DNA from: Clostridium sp.
GTDB taxonomy: Bacteria > Bacillota > Clostridia > Lachnospirales > Lachnospiraceae
Length of the DNA: 64,000 nucleotides
Reading direction: 5' to 3'
Assembly: GCA_023664775.1 (NCBI GenBank)
Contig: JAMPEW010000002.1
Span: 16,027-80,026 of the forward strand
The position numbers and the translations under genes were made by a program. Shown one piece after another: positions 8,374-16,927 of this stretch. Under the pieces are notes generated by a model. That model made no database searches, was not told where the DNA came from, and worked only from the letters and a program-made list of their open reading frames with translations. How positions within the stretch are numbered: position 1 is the stretch's first letter; the number at the start of each line of letters is the position of its first letter.

Positions 8374-11300
8374 TTATTCTCTCTTTTTCCTCCTTCCCGC
8401 AAAAAACATTCCGCAGCCTGCCAGCAGCGACAGTACTGCAATTAAAATTACAACCTTAAGCGGCGTTTCGTCACCTGTTTTCGGATGACGTTCTGCCGTC
8501 ACGGAAACCGTCTGGTCCGCATCATTCAAATCCGCATGCTCCGTTACAAGTTCCCCTGTCGCCTTCAGGTACAAGCTCTCAAATACCACAAGCTCCTTTC
8601 CCTTCAGACCATCTGCCGCAAAGGTAAACTCCATTTCAATACTGCCATCGGATGCCTCAGGTGTAAATTCCTTCTCTGCCCGCACTTCCTGTCCGTTTAC
8701 TAAAAGCGGTTTTCCTGTAGTTTTATCCATTAGTACACCCGTTATAACATAAGTTTCACCCGGTGCAAGATTTGTAAAGCTTACCGTATCCGCAACCGTA
8801 ACGGTTCCTTCTGTCACAAGCTTTTTGTCACCGTCCGCCTTATCCCTTGCCGTCGTTTTGATTTCAGGAAAATAAACCGACTGGTCATGGTCATTTATGT
8901 CCGCATGGACTGCCACTTCCTTATCGTTATAATAAACAGTCTCAAATACGACTACGGTTGTTCCCTCTAGTGCAGAAGCATCAAGCGTAAAATTGAGCGT
9001 AATCTCACCGTATGATTTTTCCGCAGTAAAAGACTGTTCCACACGAAGTTCCCTACCGTTCACAAGAAGCGGTTTCCCCGTCGTTTTGTCCATCAGCACA
9101 CCTTGAAGCTTATAATCCTTACCTGCCAGAAGCCCGCTGTAGGTTACCGTATCCGTAATCGTGATCATTCCTCCTGCTGAGGTGTGCATTCCTGTTGCCT
9201 CATCCTTTGCAGTTGTCCTTATCTTTCCAAAGGTAATCGTCTGGTCCTTATCGTCCAAATCCTTATGCTCTGCCACAAGACCGCCCTTACAGTAAAGTTC
9301 TTCAAATACAACCGTCTCCATGCCTTCCAGTCCACATACCGATGCATTAAAGGTAAAGGTTACAGTTACGCTGCCTGATACTGTCCGCCTTTTCATCTCT
9401 CCGATTTCCGTCTCGGTCACATTGCCGTTTTCGTCAATGGAAATGGCACTTCCGACTGCTGGCATTCCCGTATTAAATGTTGTTTCTGCCGTAATGACTT
9501 TTCCTTCTGCATCTTTTACCGGCTCTCCCGTCTTTTTGTTCATCAGGGTGCCCTTTACGGTGTAGATTCTGTCTGCCAAAAGATTTTCATAGCTTATCGT
9601 GTCAACCAGCGTCACATTTTCGTCTGCATTTGCCACATGGTCCTTTGTCTCGGAATCCAGTGCATTCGTATGAATTTCAGGAAAATCAACTTTCTGGTCT
9701 TCATCCTCAATGTCAGCATGTATCGCCACCTTTTTCCCTTCATACGTGCATTCCTCAAATGCCACCACATGGGTGCCCGTAAGTGCAGAAGCATCCAGTG
9801 TAAATTCAATGTCTATGATTCCATCCGTCTTGTCAGGGATAAAGGTTTTTGATACGGTTACCTTCTTCCCGTTGATTAACAGCGGCTGTGCTGCTTCTGT
9901 CTGCTCTGTTCCGTCTGTCTCAGGTTCCGTCATCAGCGTTCCTGTCATGGTGTACTTTTTGCCCGGAACCAGTCCGCTGTAAGCCACATGGTCCACGATT
10001 GTTGTTTTCCCGCCCGCATTTGCCATATGGTCTTCTGTCTCTTTTCCAAGCAGCGTAGTGGCAATCTCAGGGATTGTCACGGTCTGCTCCACGTCGTTTA
10101 TATCTTCGTGGATGCCAATGATAATGTCTCTTTTTTCTCCTTCCATTTCTTTCTCGTAATATAATCTTTCAAATGCCACAAGTGCATTTTTCTTTTCAAG
10201 TCCTGCCGCAATACCGTCAAAGACGAAGGTTACCTCGACAGTTCCGTTCGACTTCTCCGCCGTAAATGTGGTTTCTGCAGTTACCGCCTCTCCGTTTACG
10301 GTCACAGGTTTTCCCGTTGCTTTGTTCATCAGAGTGCCCTCTAAGTGGTAGGTCTTTCCCTGTACAAGGTTGGCGTAGCTTACGGTATCGACCAGTATGA
10401 TTTCCTCATCCAAAAACGTATTCTGTATGCCAGTGTCCGCATCCCTGAGACTTGTTTTCAGGCTTGGGAAGTATATGGTCTGCCCCTTGTCGTTCTTGTC
10501 CTTATGATACGCCAGTTCAATGTCGTTTATCAAAAGTGTTTCGTAGCATACCGTAACTGCTCCCTCTAATTCTGCGTCAATGGCATCAAAGGTAAATGCC
10601 ACATCAATGCTGCCCGAAAAGTCCTCTGGTATGAATGTGGTTTCTGCCGTTATCTTTGTTCCTTTTGATGTCGTAATCGGCTCTCCTGTCTTTTGGCTGA
10701 TGAGTTCTCCCCGCAGTTTATATTCGTACCCCGGCATAAGGTTTTCATACATAACGGTGTCCACAATGGTAACACTGTCATCCGCACATGCACGGTCCTC
10801 ATCCGTTTCACTGTCTTTTGCCTGTGTGCCGATGACCGGATAGAAAATGGTCTGTTCGGCATCATCTAAGTTTACGTGTGATGCATAGTTTCGATTGTTC
10901 CAATAAAGACGCTCGTATACAACAGTAGCATCACCTTCCATGCCCGTGGCATCAATGGCATCAAAGACAATCTCTAATTCTCCATCTGCCTGCTCCGGTA
11001 CAAAATACCGTATTTCTTTAATTGGTTCCCCGTTTTCATCCAGCAGTTCTTCACCGCTGTCCCTATCCATGAGGGTACCTTCCAAACGGTATTCATAGGT
11101 TGGGATTAATCCTGTATAGCTGACTTTGTCATGGATTACTACATTTTCTTCCGCAGGCGATACATTGTAACCTGTCTTTTCTGTCCATGCGGCGGTATCT
11201 ATGCTCGGGAAGGTTCCTGTCTGGTTGGTGTCCGTAAGATCCGTATGTCTGACTACTTCCCCGTCTCTCCGTGTCATTGCACCTGTCAGGTTTAAGCTTC

Positions 11301-14300
11301 CGTTTTCATACAGGGGTGCAGGACTGTTCCCCTCAAACAGGTAGGCAAAGATAACATAGGTTTCACCTGCCAGATTCCTTCCGTCAAAATGGTAGGTTAC
11401 ATCCACGGTTCCACATTTTTCCTTTTCATTGGTTACATAGTCACTGTCCACTGTAAAGGTGGTCTGTGATACAATCGGATTCCCATTGTTATCAAGCAGC
11501 GGTTTTGCATTTTCTTCATCTGCTGAAGTGCTTTGATTCATAAGAATGCCTTTTACCGTGTAGGTCTCTCCTGCGGTGAGGAACTGATAAGATACCGTGT
11601 CCACAATCGTAACGTCTGCCTCTGCCACAGATAAATGACCTTCTGTCTTCGTGTCTCTGGCATATGTGGTAATCTGCGGCTCCATGATATCGGTGATGAT
11701 GCCGATGTTGTCTATTCGTCCGTCATCTTCCTCACTTATGACTGCTTTCACGCTCAGTTCAAGCTGTTTTTCCTGATTTTTGCTGCATGGGAGTTCTTCA
11801 ATGATATAGGTATCATATGGAAGGGCAAATTTGGTATCGTCAATCAGGTTTGTATCCCATTTGCTTTTGTCTGCCGTTCCGTAAAACCAGATGCCCGTTT
11901 CCACGCAGTCATCATAGCTTGTCAGGTCTTGTGACAAATATTTATCATTGCCGTTTGTATTCTCCGTATGCTTGATATGAGAGCTGTTGGAGGAGTAGTA
12001 ACCCGCACTGTCTGTCACGACGATATGGCTTTCTCCCGTGGTAGCCGATGTGATTTTGAATGGTATATTTACCATTTCTTTTCTTGTCTCGAAGTCCAAC
12101 TTGGTAAATGCCAAATCTCCACGGACAAGGGGTTCATATACGGAGATGGCTGTAGTAGTTAATGGGTTGCCAGCGACGATGGCGCCTTGGAGCTTGTCGC
12201 CGACGTAGAGGGAGGCACCTTCGATTGCTGTAGCATTTTCTTTTACCTGACCAATAAAGATGCCATTATCAACTATTCCGTTTGCATCTCTTAATGCTCC
12301 TCCCTCTGTTAAAAGTTTATAGCCGTCAGGTGCCTGGATTTCCTCAACTGTAACAGTACCAAGTGGAAGGGTCACATAATTATTCTCATCATAATATAAA
12401 TCATCGCCCATAACTTTATACTTATCCTCAAGTGCAGCAATATAGCATTCTTGTTCCTCGTCTAAAACCGTTTTAATAACCCACGCCCTTGTAGCTTCTT
12501 GTGGCAATTGATCAATATTATCATAATATCCATCATAATACTTCACTTCAAACAAGGCACCTTCCAGAGATGCACCACCAAGTGCAGATTTCCTGTTAGT
12601 CTCCTCATCCCATTTTACTAACATAATATTTATCGGATCATCCACCGGTACTTCTTTGCAGGTAACAGAATATATTTTGTCGGGCTCTTCCAAAGTAACC
12701 TTGTGCATGGTTGTCGTCGTTCCCTCATTGCAGGTATCTAACTTATAACCTTTGGATGCCTTGGTTTCCTTCACATAATAGGTGTCGAACGGAAGCTCCA
12801 GTACAGGTAGTTCTCCATTTACATTGGTTTTCAGATTTTCCGCCTTTTCCATTTTTATGATTTTTCCTGATGCATCCTTTTCCGTGATATACTCTGCAAC
12901 AATAAGGTTGCCTCTGTCCATTTTGTATATGGTATATTCCGCACCTTCCAGCGAGTAGCATCCATTGTCCCTCGTCATGTCGGGATTACTGCTCTCCTTC
13001 GTCACCCATACGCTTGCCGTCTCGATATAATCCTGCTCATTTACCTCCGTATTACTGTCATAATTTACGGCTACAAACTGTGACTCATGACTTATCCGAT
13101 AAGAGCCGTCAGACGGTGGCTTTATCTCGGTCACTGTGTAATTGCCTGGAAGCAGCGTCAGTGTTTCTTTTCCTGCATCATCAGCATTATACATGGTTGC
13201 CGTGACCGTATTTCCTTCTGCATCTTTCGCTGAAGCAACCACCTTCCCTTTACCCTCGGAATCCGTTTCAAAGAGACCGACTGTGGTATTGTCTCCTCCG
13301 GTAACTTTGTATACGGCTCCTTCCAGATTGTAGTATTGCCTATGGCTGTCGCTCTCTGTGATACTCGGTTCCCCGCTTTCCTTCGTTAAGGACATTGTCC
13401 CATATTCTTTGTAGCGGTATATGGCAAATCCGCTTGCGGACTTACTGGTATCCCCACTTCTGGTAAACAGCCAACTGACAGGTGTTTTATCTGTGCTACC
13501 GACTTTTTCATTTAATGCATTGCAAATATTCGGAACACTGTTTGTCCATGTGTCTCCCATGATTGCCGCATGGGTTCGATTTCCCAAACCGTAAAAAATA
13601 ATGATGTCGCCTGCTTTAATGTCACCTGACTCTACCAGTGCAATAAATGTATTTTCTGCATTTACCACCATGGTATTATTGGTACTTTCCGTCGCCTTCT
13701 TTGCCTCATATACTGTATCATATGACGTACAACCCGTACCTGATGCATTTCCTACCATGTTGTAGATTCTCTCAAACCTGTCATTTACTTCGAGAAAACC
13801 ATCCTGAAGACCTCCTACAGCCGGTGTATGTGCACTGCTTACTCCTGTTTCTTTTAAGCCCTCATGTATAACTCTGGAGGTCCAGCCTGCACAGGACCAG
13901 TTGCTGGTGGCATCATATCCACCGTCACCATATCCATCGGCTCCTGAAATGAGCATGTTGTTGTTCTGGATATAATTTTTCATCTTAGTCCAGTAAGAAT
14001 TTGTCTGAATGACACCGTCTGCATAAGTCTGCAGTTGCGTTTCCATGATTTCTGCTTCCTGAAGTATCGTTTCCGTTACTCCTCCTGCTTCTTTCATTCT
14101 CCAGAATATCAGGTCATATTCATTTTCTGTTGCCGTATCGCTGAGCAGAAAGACCTGAAAGTTTTTCATCGGGTCGGGAAGCGTGCTGATACATGCTTTC
14201 AGGCTTTCAACTGCCTGTGTCTCCTCTTCCGTCAGTTCCCCATGCCTGTTACAATGATATATTTCTTCAGCGTAGCCTGAAAGCAACAGATGGGATATGC

Positions 14301-14721
14301 CTGCCCGTTCTTCTTCCGTTACTGCATTACAAGACAGGAATGTTTCTTCCATGTCAGTCTGCATGTTCTGGTACCCCGGTGCCCCATAACTGTAGTATAC
14401 AGCTTTTGCAAGGGCTTCTTCCGTAACGGGAACCGGCTCTGCCGTAATGCTGCTTTCGGACATTTCGTAATCGGGTACGATGGCATATACATTTACATTT
14501 GTACTGTCCGGCATTTCATCGGTGGAATACCAGTTGGTTGTTCTGCTACCATATACATAGGAACCGCCTTTGTATATGGTGACGGTTTCTGCCGCGTCCG
14601 TTTCCGTTGTTGACGGGCTTTCCGGTTCCGCTGCATAGGCTGTCAATACATCCAGCGGACAGTTGGTGAGCAGCATGAGTGCAGACATGACGCCTGCTAT
14701 CATCTTTTTTACTTTTCTCAT
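8374..14721 (-). CDS. Giant sortase-anchored surface adhesin
   Basis: Signal peptide (start moved to MRKVKKM at 14721, after AAAGGAG). Cna-B/SpaA-like segments (GAVYKVTGG, LEGAEYTIY, LEGALFEVKYY). Eight VaFE/ester-bond-type repeats. C-terminal HPKTG, then a TM helix and RRKKRE. Confidence 0.85.
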   Translation of the reverse strand: MRKVKKMIAGVMSALMLLTNCPLDVLTAYAAEPESPSTTETDAAETVTIYKGGSYVYGSRTTNWYSTDEMPDSTNVNVYAIVPDYEMSESSITAEPVPVTEEALAKAVYYSYGAPGYQNMQTDMEETFLSCNAVTEEERAGISHLLLSGYAEEIYHCNRHGELTEEETQAVESLKACISTLPDPMKNFQVFLLSDTATENEYDLIFWRMKEAGGVTETILQEAEIMETQLQTYADGVIQTNSYWTKMKNYIQNNNMLISGADGYGDGGYDATSNWSCAGWTSRVIHEGLKETGVSSAHTPAVGGLQDGFLEVNDRFERIYNMVGNASGTGCTSYDTVYEAKKATESTNNTMVVNAENTFIALVESGDIKAGDIIIFYGLGNRTHAAIMGDTWTNSVPNICNALNEKVGSTDKTPVSWLFTRSGDTSKSASGFAIYRYKEYGTMSLTKESGEPSITESDSHRQYYNLEGAVYKVTGGDNTTVGLFETDSEGKGKVVASAKDAEGNTVTATMYNADDAGKETLTLLPGNYTVTEIKPPSDGSYRISHESQFVAVNYDSNTEVNEQDYIETASVWVTKESSNPDMTRDNGCYSLEGAEYTIYKMDRGNLIVAEYITEKDASGKIIKMEKAENLKTNVNGELPVLELPFDTYYVKETKASKGYKLDTCNEGTTTTMHKVTLEEPDKIYSVTCKEVPVDDPINIMLVKWDEETNRKSALGGASLEGALFEVKYYDGYYDNIDQLPQEATRAWVIKTVLDEEQECYIAALEDKYKVMGDDLYYDENNYVTLPLGTVTVEEIQAPDGYKLLTEGGALRDANGIVDNGIFIGQVKENATAIEGASLYVGDKLQGAIVAGNPLTTTAISVYEPLVRGDLAFTKLDFETRKEMVNIPFKITSATTGESHIVVTDSAGYYSSNSSHIKHTENTNGNDKYLSQDLTSYDDCVETGIWFYGTADKSKWDTNLIDDTKFALPYDTYIIEELPCSKNQEKQLELSVKAVISEEDDGRIDNIGIITDIMEPQITTYARDTKTEGHLSVAEADVTIVDTVSYQFLTAGETYTVKGILMNQSTSADEENAKPLLDNNGNPIVSQTTFTVDSDYVTNEKEKCGTVDVTYHFDGRNLAGETYVIFAYLFEGNSPAPLYENGSLNLTGAMTRRDGEVVRHTDLTDTNQTGTFPSIDTAAWTEKTGYNVSPAEENVVIHDKVSYTGLIPTYEYRLEGTLMDRDSGEELLDENGEPIKEIRYFVPEQADGELEIVFDAIDATGMEGDATVVYERLYWNNRNYASHVNLDDAEQTIFYPVIGTQAKDSETDEDRACADDSVTIVDTVMYENLMPGYEYKLRGELISQKTGEPITTSKGTKITAETTFIPEDFSGSIDVAFTFDAIDAELEGAVTVCYETLLINDIELAYHKDKNDKGQTIYFPSLKTSLRDADTGIQNTFLDEEIILVDTVSYANLVQGKTYHLEGTLMNKATGKPVTVNGEAVTAETTFTAEKSNGTVEVTFVFDGIAAGLEKKNALVAFERLYYEKEMEGEKRDIIIGIHEDINDVEQTVTIPEIATTLLGKETEDHMANAGGKTTIVDHVAYSGLVPGKKYTMTGTLMTEPETDGTEQTEAAQPLLINGKKVTVSKTFIPDKTDGIIDIEFTLDASALTGTHVVAFEECTYEGKKVAIHADIEDEDQKVDFPEIHTNALDSETKDHVANADENVTLVDTISYENLLADRIYTVKGTLMNKKTGEPVKDAEGKVITAETTFNTGMPAVGSAISIDENGNVTETEIGEMKRRTVSGSVTVTFTFNASVCGLEGMETVVFEELYCKGGLVAEHKDLDDKDQTITFGKIRTTAKDEATGMHTSAGGMITITDTVTYSGLLAGKDYKLQGVLMDKTTGKPLLVNGRELRVEQSFTAEKSYGEITLNFTLDASALEGTTVVVFETVYYNDKEVAVHADINDHDQSVYFPEIKTTARDKADGDKKLVTEGTVTVADTVSFTNLAPGETYVITGVLMDKTTGKPLLVNGQEVRAEKEFTPEASDGSIEMEFTFAADGLKGKELVVFESLYLKATGELVTEHADLNDADQTVSVTAERHPKTGDETPLKVVILIAVLSLLAGCGMFFAGRRKKRE
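8480..11715 (-). repeat. Eight tandem domain repeats of about 130-140 aa inside the adhesin
   Basis: Recurring T(I/L)VD(T)VSY.nL..G..Y...G.LM.K.TG.P... VVFE.LY...VA.H.D..D..QT(V)..P.I.T.A.D pattern, counted 8 times. Confidence 0.8.
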
Positions 14722-14756
14722 ATCTTGTTCTCCTTTCATTTTTCTAAATTAGGACA

Positions 14757-14890
14757 TAAAAAGAGCACCCGCCTTTGGCGAATGCTCTTACTATCCCATT
14801 CCTAGGGTTTTATTCTTTTTTGTTTTCTCTCGTCCCTCCTTTTCAATGGACTAGACGCAGAAAGAGCATTTACCCTTGGGCAAATGCTCT
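14757..14890 (-). repeat. Two paralogous hairpins (terminator-like) between the 274-aa gene and the adhesin gene
   Basis: agagcac..(13 nt)..atgctct at 14762-14788 and agagcattt acccttgggc aaatgctct at 14863-14890. The proximal one is followed by TTTTT on the minus strand, only about 20 nt before the adhesin RBS. Confidence 0.6.
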
Positions 14891-14913
14891 ATTGTTCTAC
14901 TGTTTCTGTTATT

Positions 14914-15738
14914 TTACTTGGTTGCTCCACAGGTCGTACATTTATATCCGTCCAATACCTGCTCGTCATATGCTTTCTTGTCTACTATCCATTTTTCCTC
15001 ATAGACTGCTTCGTGGTGAACAGCAGAAACCTGCACTTTACCTATACTATAGCTAGAACCTAATGTAGCTCCTGGTTCCCAAAATGGATCATCTTCTGAC
15101 ATCGGTGGACCGCAGATAGCAAAATGTGACATTTCATCTCGTCCAAATGCCTGATGACAATAATGACATATATAACGGCTTTCATAAATCGGGTCATCAT
15201 ACGCTTCTTTCACACATACATTTTCATAATGTCCTTCCTCGTCATGATGGACGGTTCGGTACTGTGCTTCCCATGTATGCTGGTGTGTATTACCTCCATT
15301 ACCGCCTCCCTGATTTCCACCTGTTGGCTGTTCTGTTGTATTCGGTGCTTGTGTTGTGGATTGCGCCGTTGTCTGTGGCGAGTTGTTGTTGGTTGTTCCT
15401 CCCGTTGGTTTGTTACCATTGGCTGTACTGCCCGACTCCGTGGTCGGTTTTCCTGCTTCCTCAGTGGATGCCTTGGTTTCCGATTGGCTGTCTTCTTCCT
15501 CCTTCTCTGTAGTTATCTGTGTTTCCGTATGGTTGTTCCCCTCCAGATTGGCATCAGCCTCCTGCTCCTCAGGTGCGACATTTGACAAATCCTCTTTGCC
15601 AAGCATTGCGGTTTCCGCATTTTCCGCTTCTACCCCGGACTTTTTGTTTCTGATTACCGTAATCAAAACGGTAGCAGATACAGCAATTACAAGCATTACC
15701 GCAGTCACGATAATTACTGTTTTTTTCTTCCTTGTCAT
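14914..15738 (-). CDS. Membrane-anchored protein with a T/Q/G/N-rich linker and a Cys/His-rich C-terminal domain
   Basis: N-terminal TM helix (VIIVTAVMLVIAVSATVLITVI). Low-complexity spacer. C-terminal HQHTW...CHYCHQ...CGPP...CTTCG. Confidence 0.6.
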   Translation of the reverse strand: MTRKKKTVIIVTAVMLVIAVSATVLITVIRNKKSGVEAENAETAMLGKEDLSNVAPEEQEADANLEGNNHTETQITTEKEEEDSQSETKASTEEAGKPTTESGSTANGNKPTGGTTNNNSPQTTAQSTTQAPNTTEQPTGGNQGGGNGGNTHQHTWEAQYRTVHHDEEGHYENVCVKEAYDDPIYESRYICHYCHQAFGRDEMSHFAICGPPMSEDDPFWEPGATLGSSYSIGKVQVSAVHHEAVYEEKWIVDKKAYDEQVLDGYKCTTCGATK

Positions 15739-16456
15739 TCAGCTTCACCTACCCTTCTCATGAATCTTCCTGCTCACTCAGATATTAAAAAATGTCACCC
15801 ATTAGTGACATTATACCAAAACTTTTTTTATAAGTCTACTACAACAAAGACCTAATAAAATATATTTCTTTATCTGGGGATTCATTCCGATTCCTTCAAT
15901 TTATAATGGCATCACACTCCTTTTCCCACGCTTTTACCAACTCTACAGCCTCCCTTCTGTTGGAATTCATAGTGTCGGACAGCAATTTCACATAGCCGGT
16001 TCTGACCTGATTCATCACTCCCTTGCTATGTAAGTGTGCGTTTTTCCTCATCGCCCCGCACACATGGGAATTACAAACGAGCCGCTCAAAGGCGTTCACG
16101 ACGCATCTTTCGACACTATCTCCTCTCCTGCCGATTTTCGAGGATTGGGAAACCCTAATCGGTCACCCGTATGGATTATTATCCTTCCGCCACACTGAAA
16201 TCCTGCCTGCACGCTCCATCTTCACCGCTAGGTCCCTCAACTCTCACCGCATGCTCTAGCTGATAATCTGCCAAACAAATGTACCGGAATTTTACCCCGT
16301 ATAGTTTTTTCTCTAACTTATACGCTGTGGCAATTTCTCCCACAGAATTTGTAACTGCTATTCAGTTTTCTTAGTACAATATATCCAAACATAGAACTAT
16401 ATTTCTACAGTTCCATCTGCTTTGCTGTTTTGGACTTTGAATCTATTATATTTGAT

Positions 16457-16545
16457 ATTTCCCAAAAAGTCACCTAGCTCATTGTACCAATCTGTAATAA
16501 CATGTACTAATTTTCCCTTTTCAGTACAGTATTTTGCTTGGTAAA
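16457..16545. repeat. Junction repeat copy S2 (left boundary of the nested island)
   Basis: By manual alignment, 37 of 47 positions are identical between 16457-16503 and 35110-35156. Paired 10-mers cattgtacca (16480-16489) and catgtacta (16501-16509). Lies about 45 nt upstream of the integrase pseudogene start. Confidence 0.65.
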
Positions 16546-16574
16546 ATACTTGCAAGAACGACGAGAAGAGTTTT

Positions 16575-16896
16575 ATGAACACTTTAAAAAATAAGCATTC
16601 CCAACTATTTAGTTTTTTGCAAAACATAAAAGAGTCTGGATGAAAAAACGATTAAAGCATATCGAATTGATTTAAGACAATTTTCCGAATGTCTTAAATC
16701 GCATGACATCTCCGATATTACAATGGATTTCATAGAAACCTTTATTGCTTTTTTACACCAGACCTACAAGCCAAAAACAGTCAGGCGAAAAATAGCATCA
16801 GTAAAGGCATTCTTTCATTATTTGGAATATAAAGATTTAATTATCATAAAGGAACCAGCTTTTATTGCATTATCTTTTCTTATTGATTTCAAACTT
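16575..16896 (+). pseudogene. Tyrosine recombinase (XerC/D-like) N-terminal remnant, frameshifted and truncated
   Basis: An ATG at 16575 gives MNTLKNKHSQLFSFLQNIKESG, then a stop. The +1 frame continues SLDEKTIKAYRIDLRQFSECLKSHDISDITMDFIETFIAFLHQTYKPKTVRRKIASVKAFFHYLEYKDLI (SAM-like N-terminal integrase domain). No catalytic domain follows. Confidence 0.75.
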
Positions 16897-16927
16897 TAAT
16901 TATTATACATTAAAAGCATATAACAAA

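Noticed and set aside
15126-15763. Plus-strand ORFs of 128-143 aa
   Set aside because: They are antisense to the low-complexity linker of the 274-aa anchored protein. This is a compositional artefact.
16397-16627. 76-aa minus-strand ORF as a real gene
   Set aside because: Its N-terminal half is antisense to the start of the integrase pseudogene. Its C-terminal half is the S2 repeat, which occurs in degenerate stop-containing form at S3 and S1. It is more likely a relic than a functional gene.
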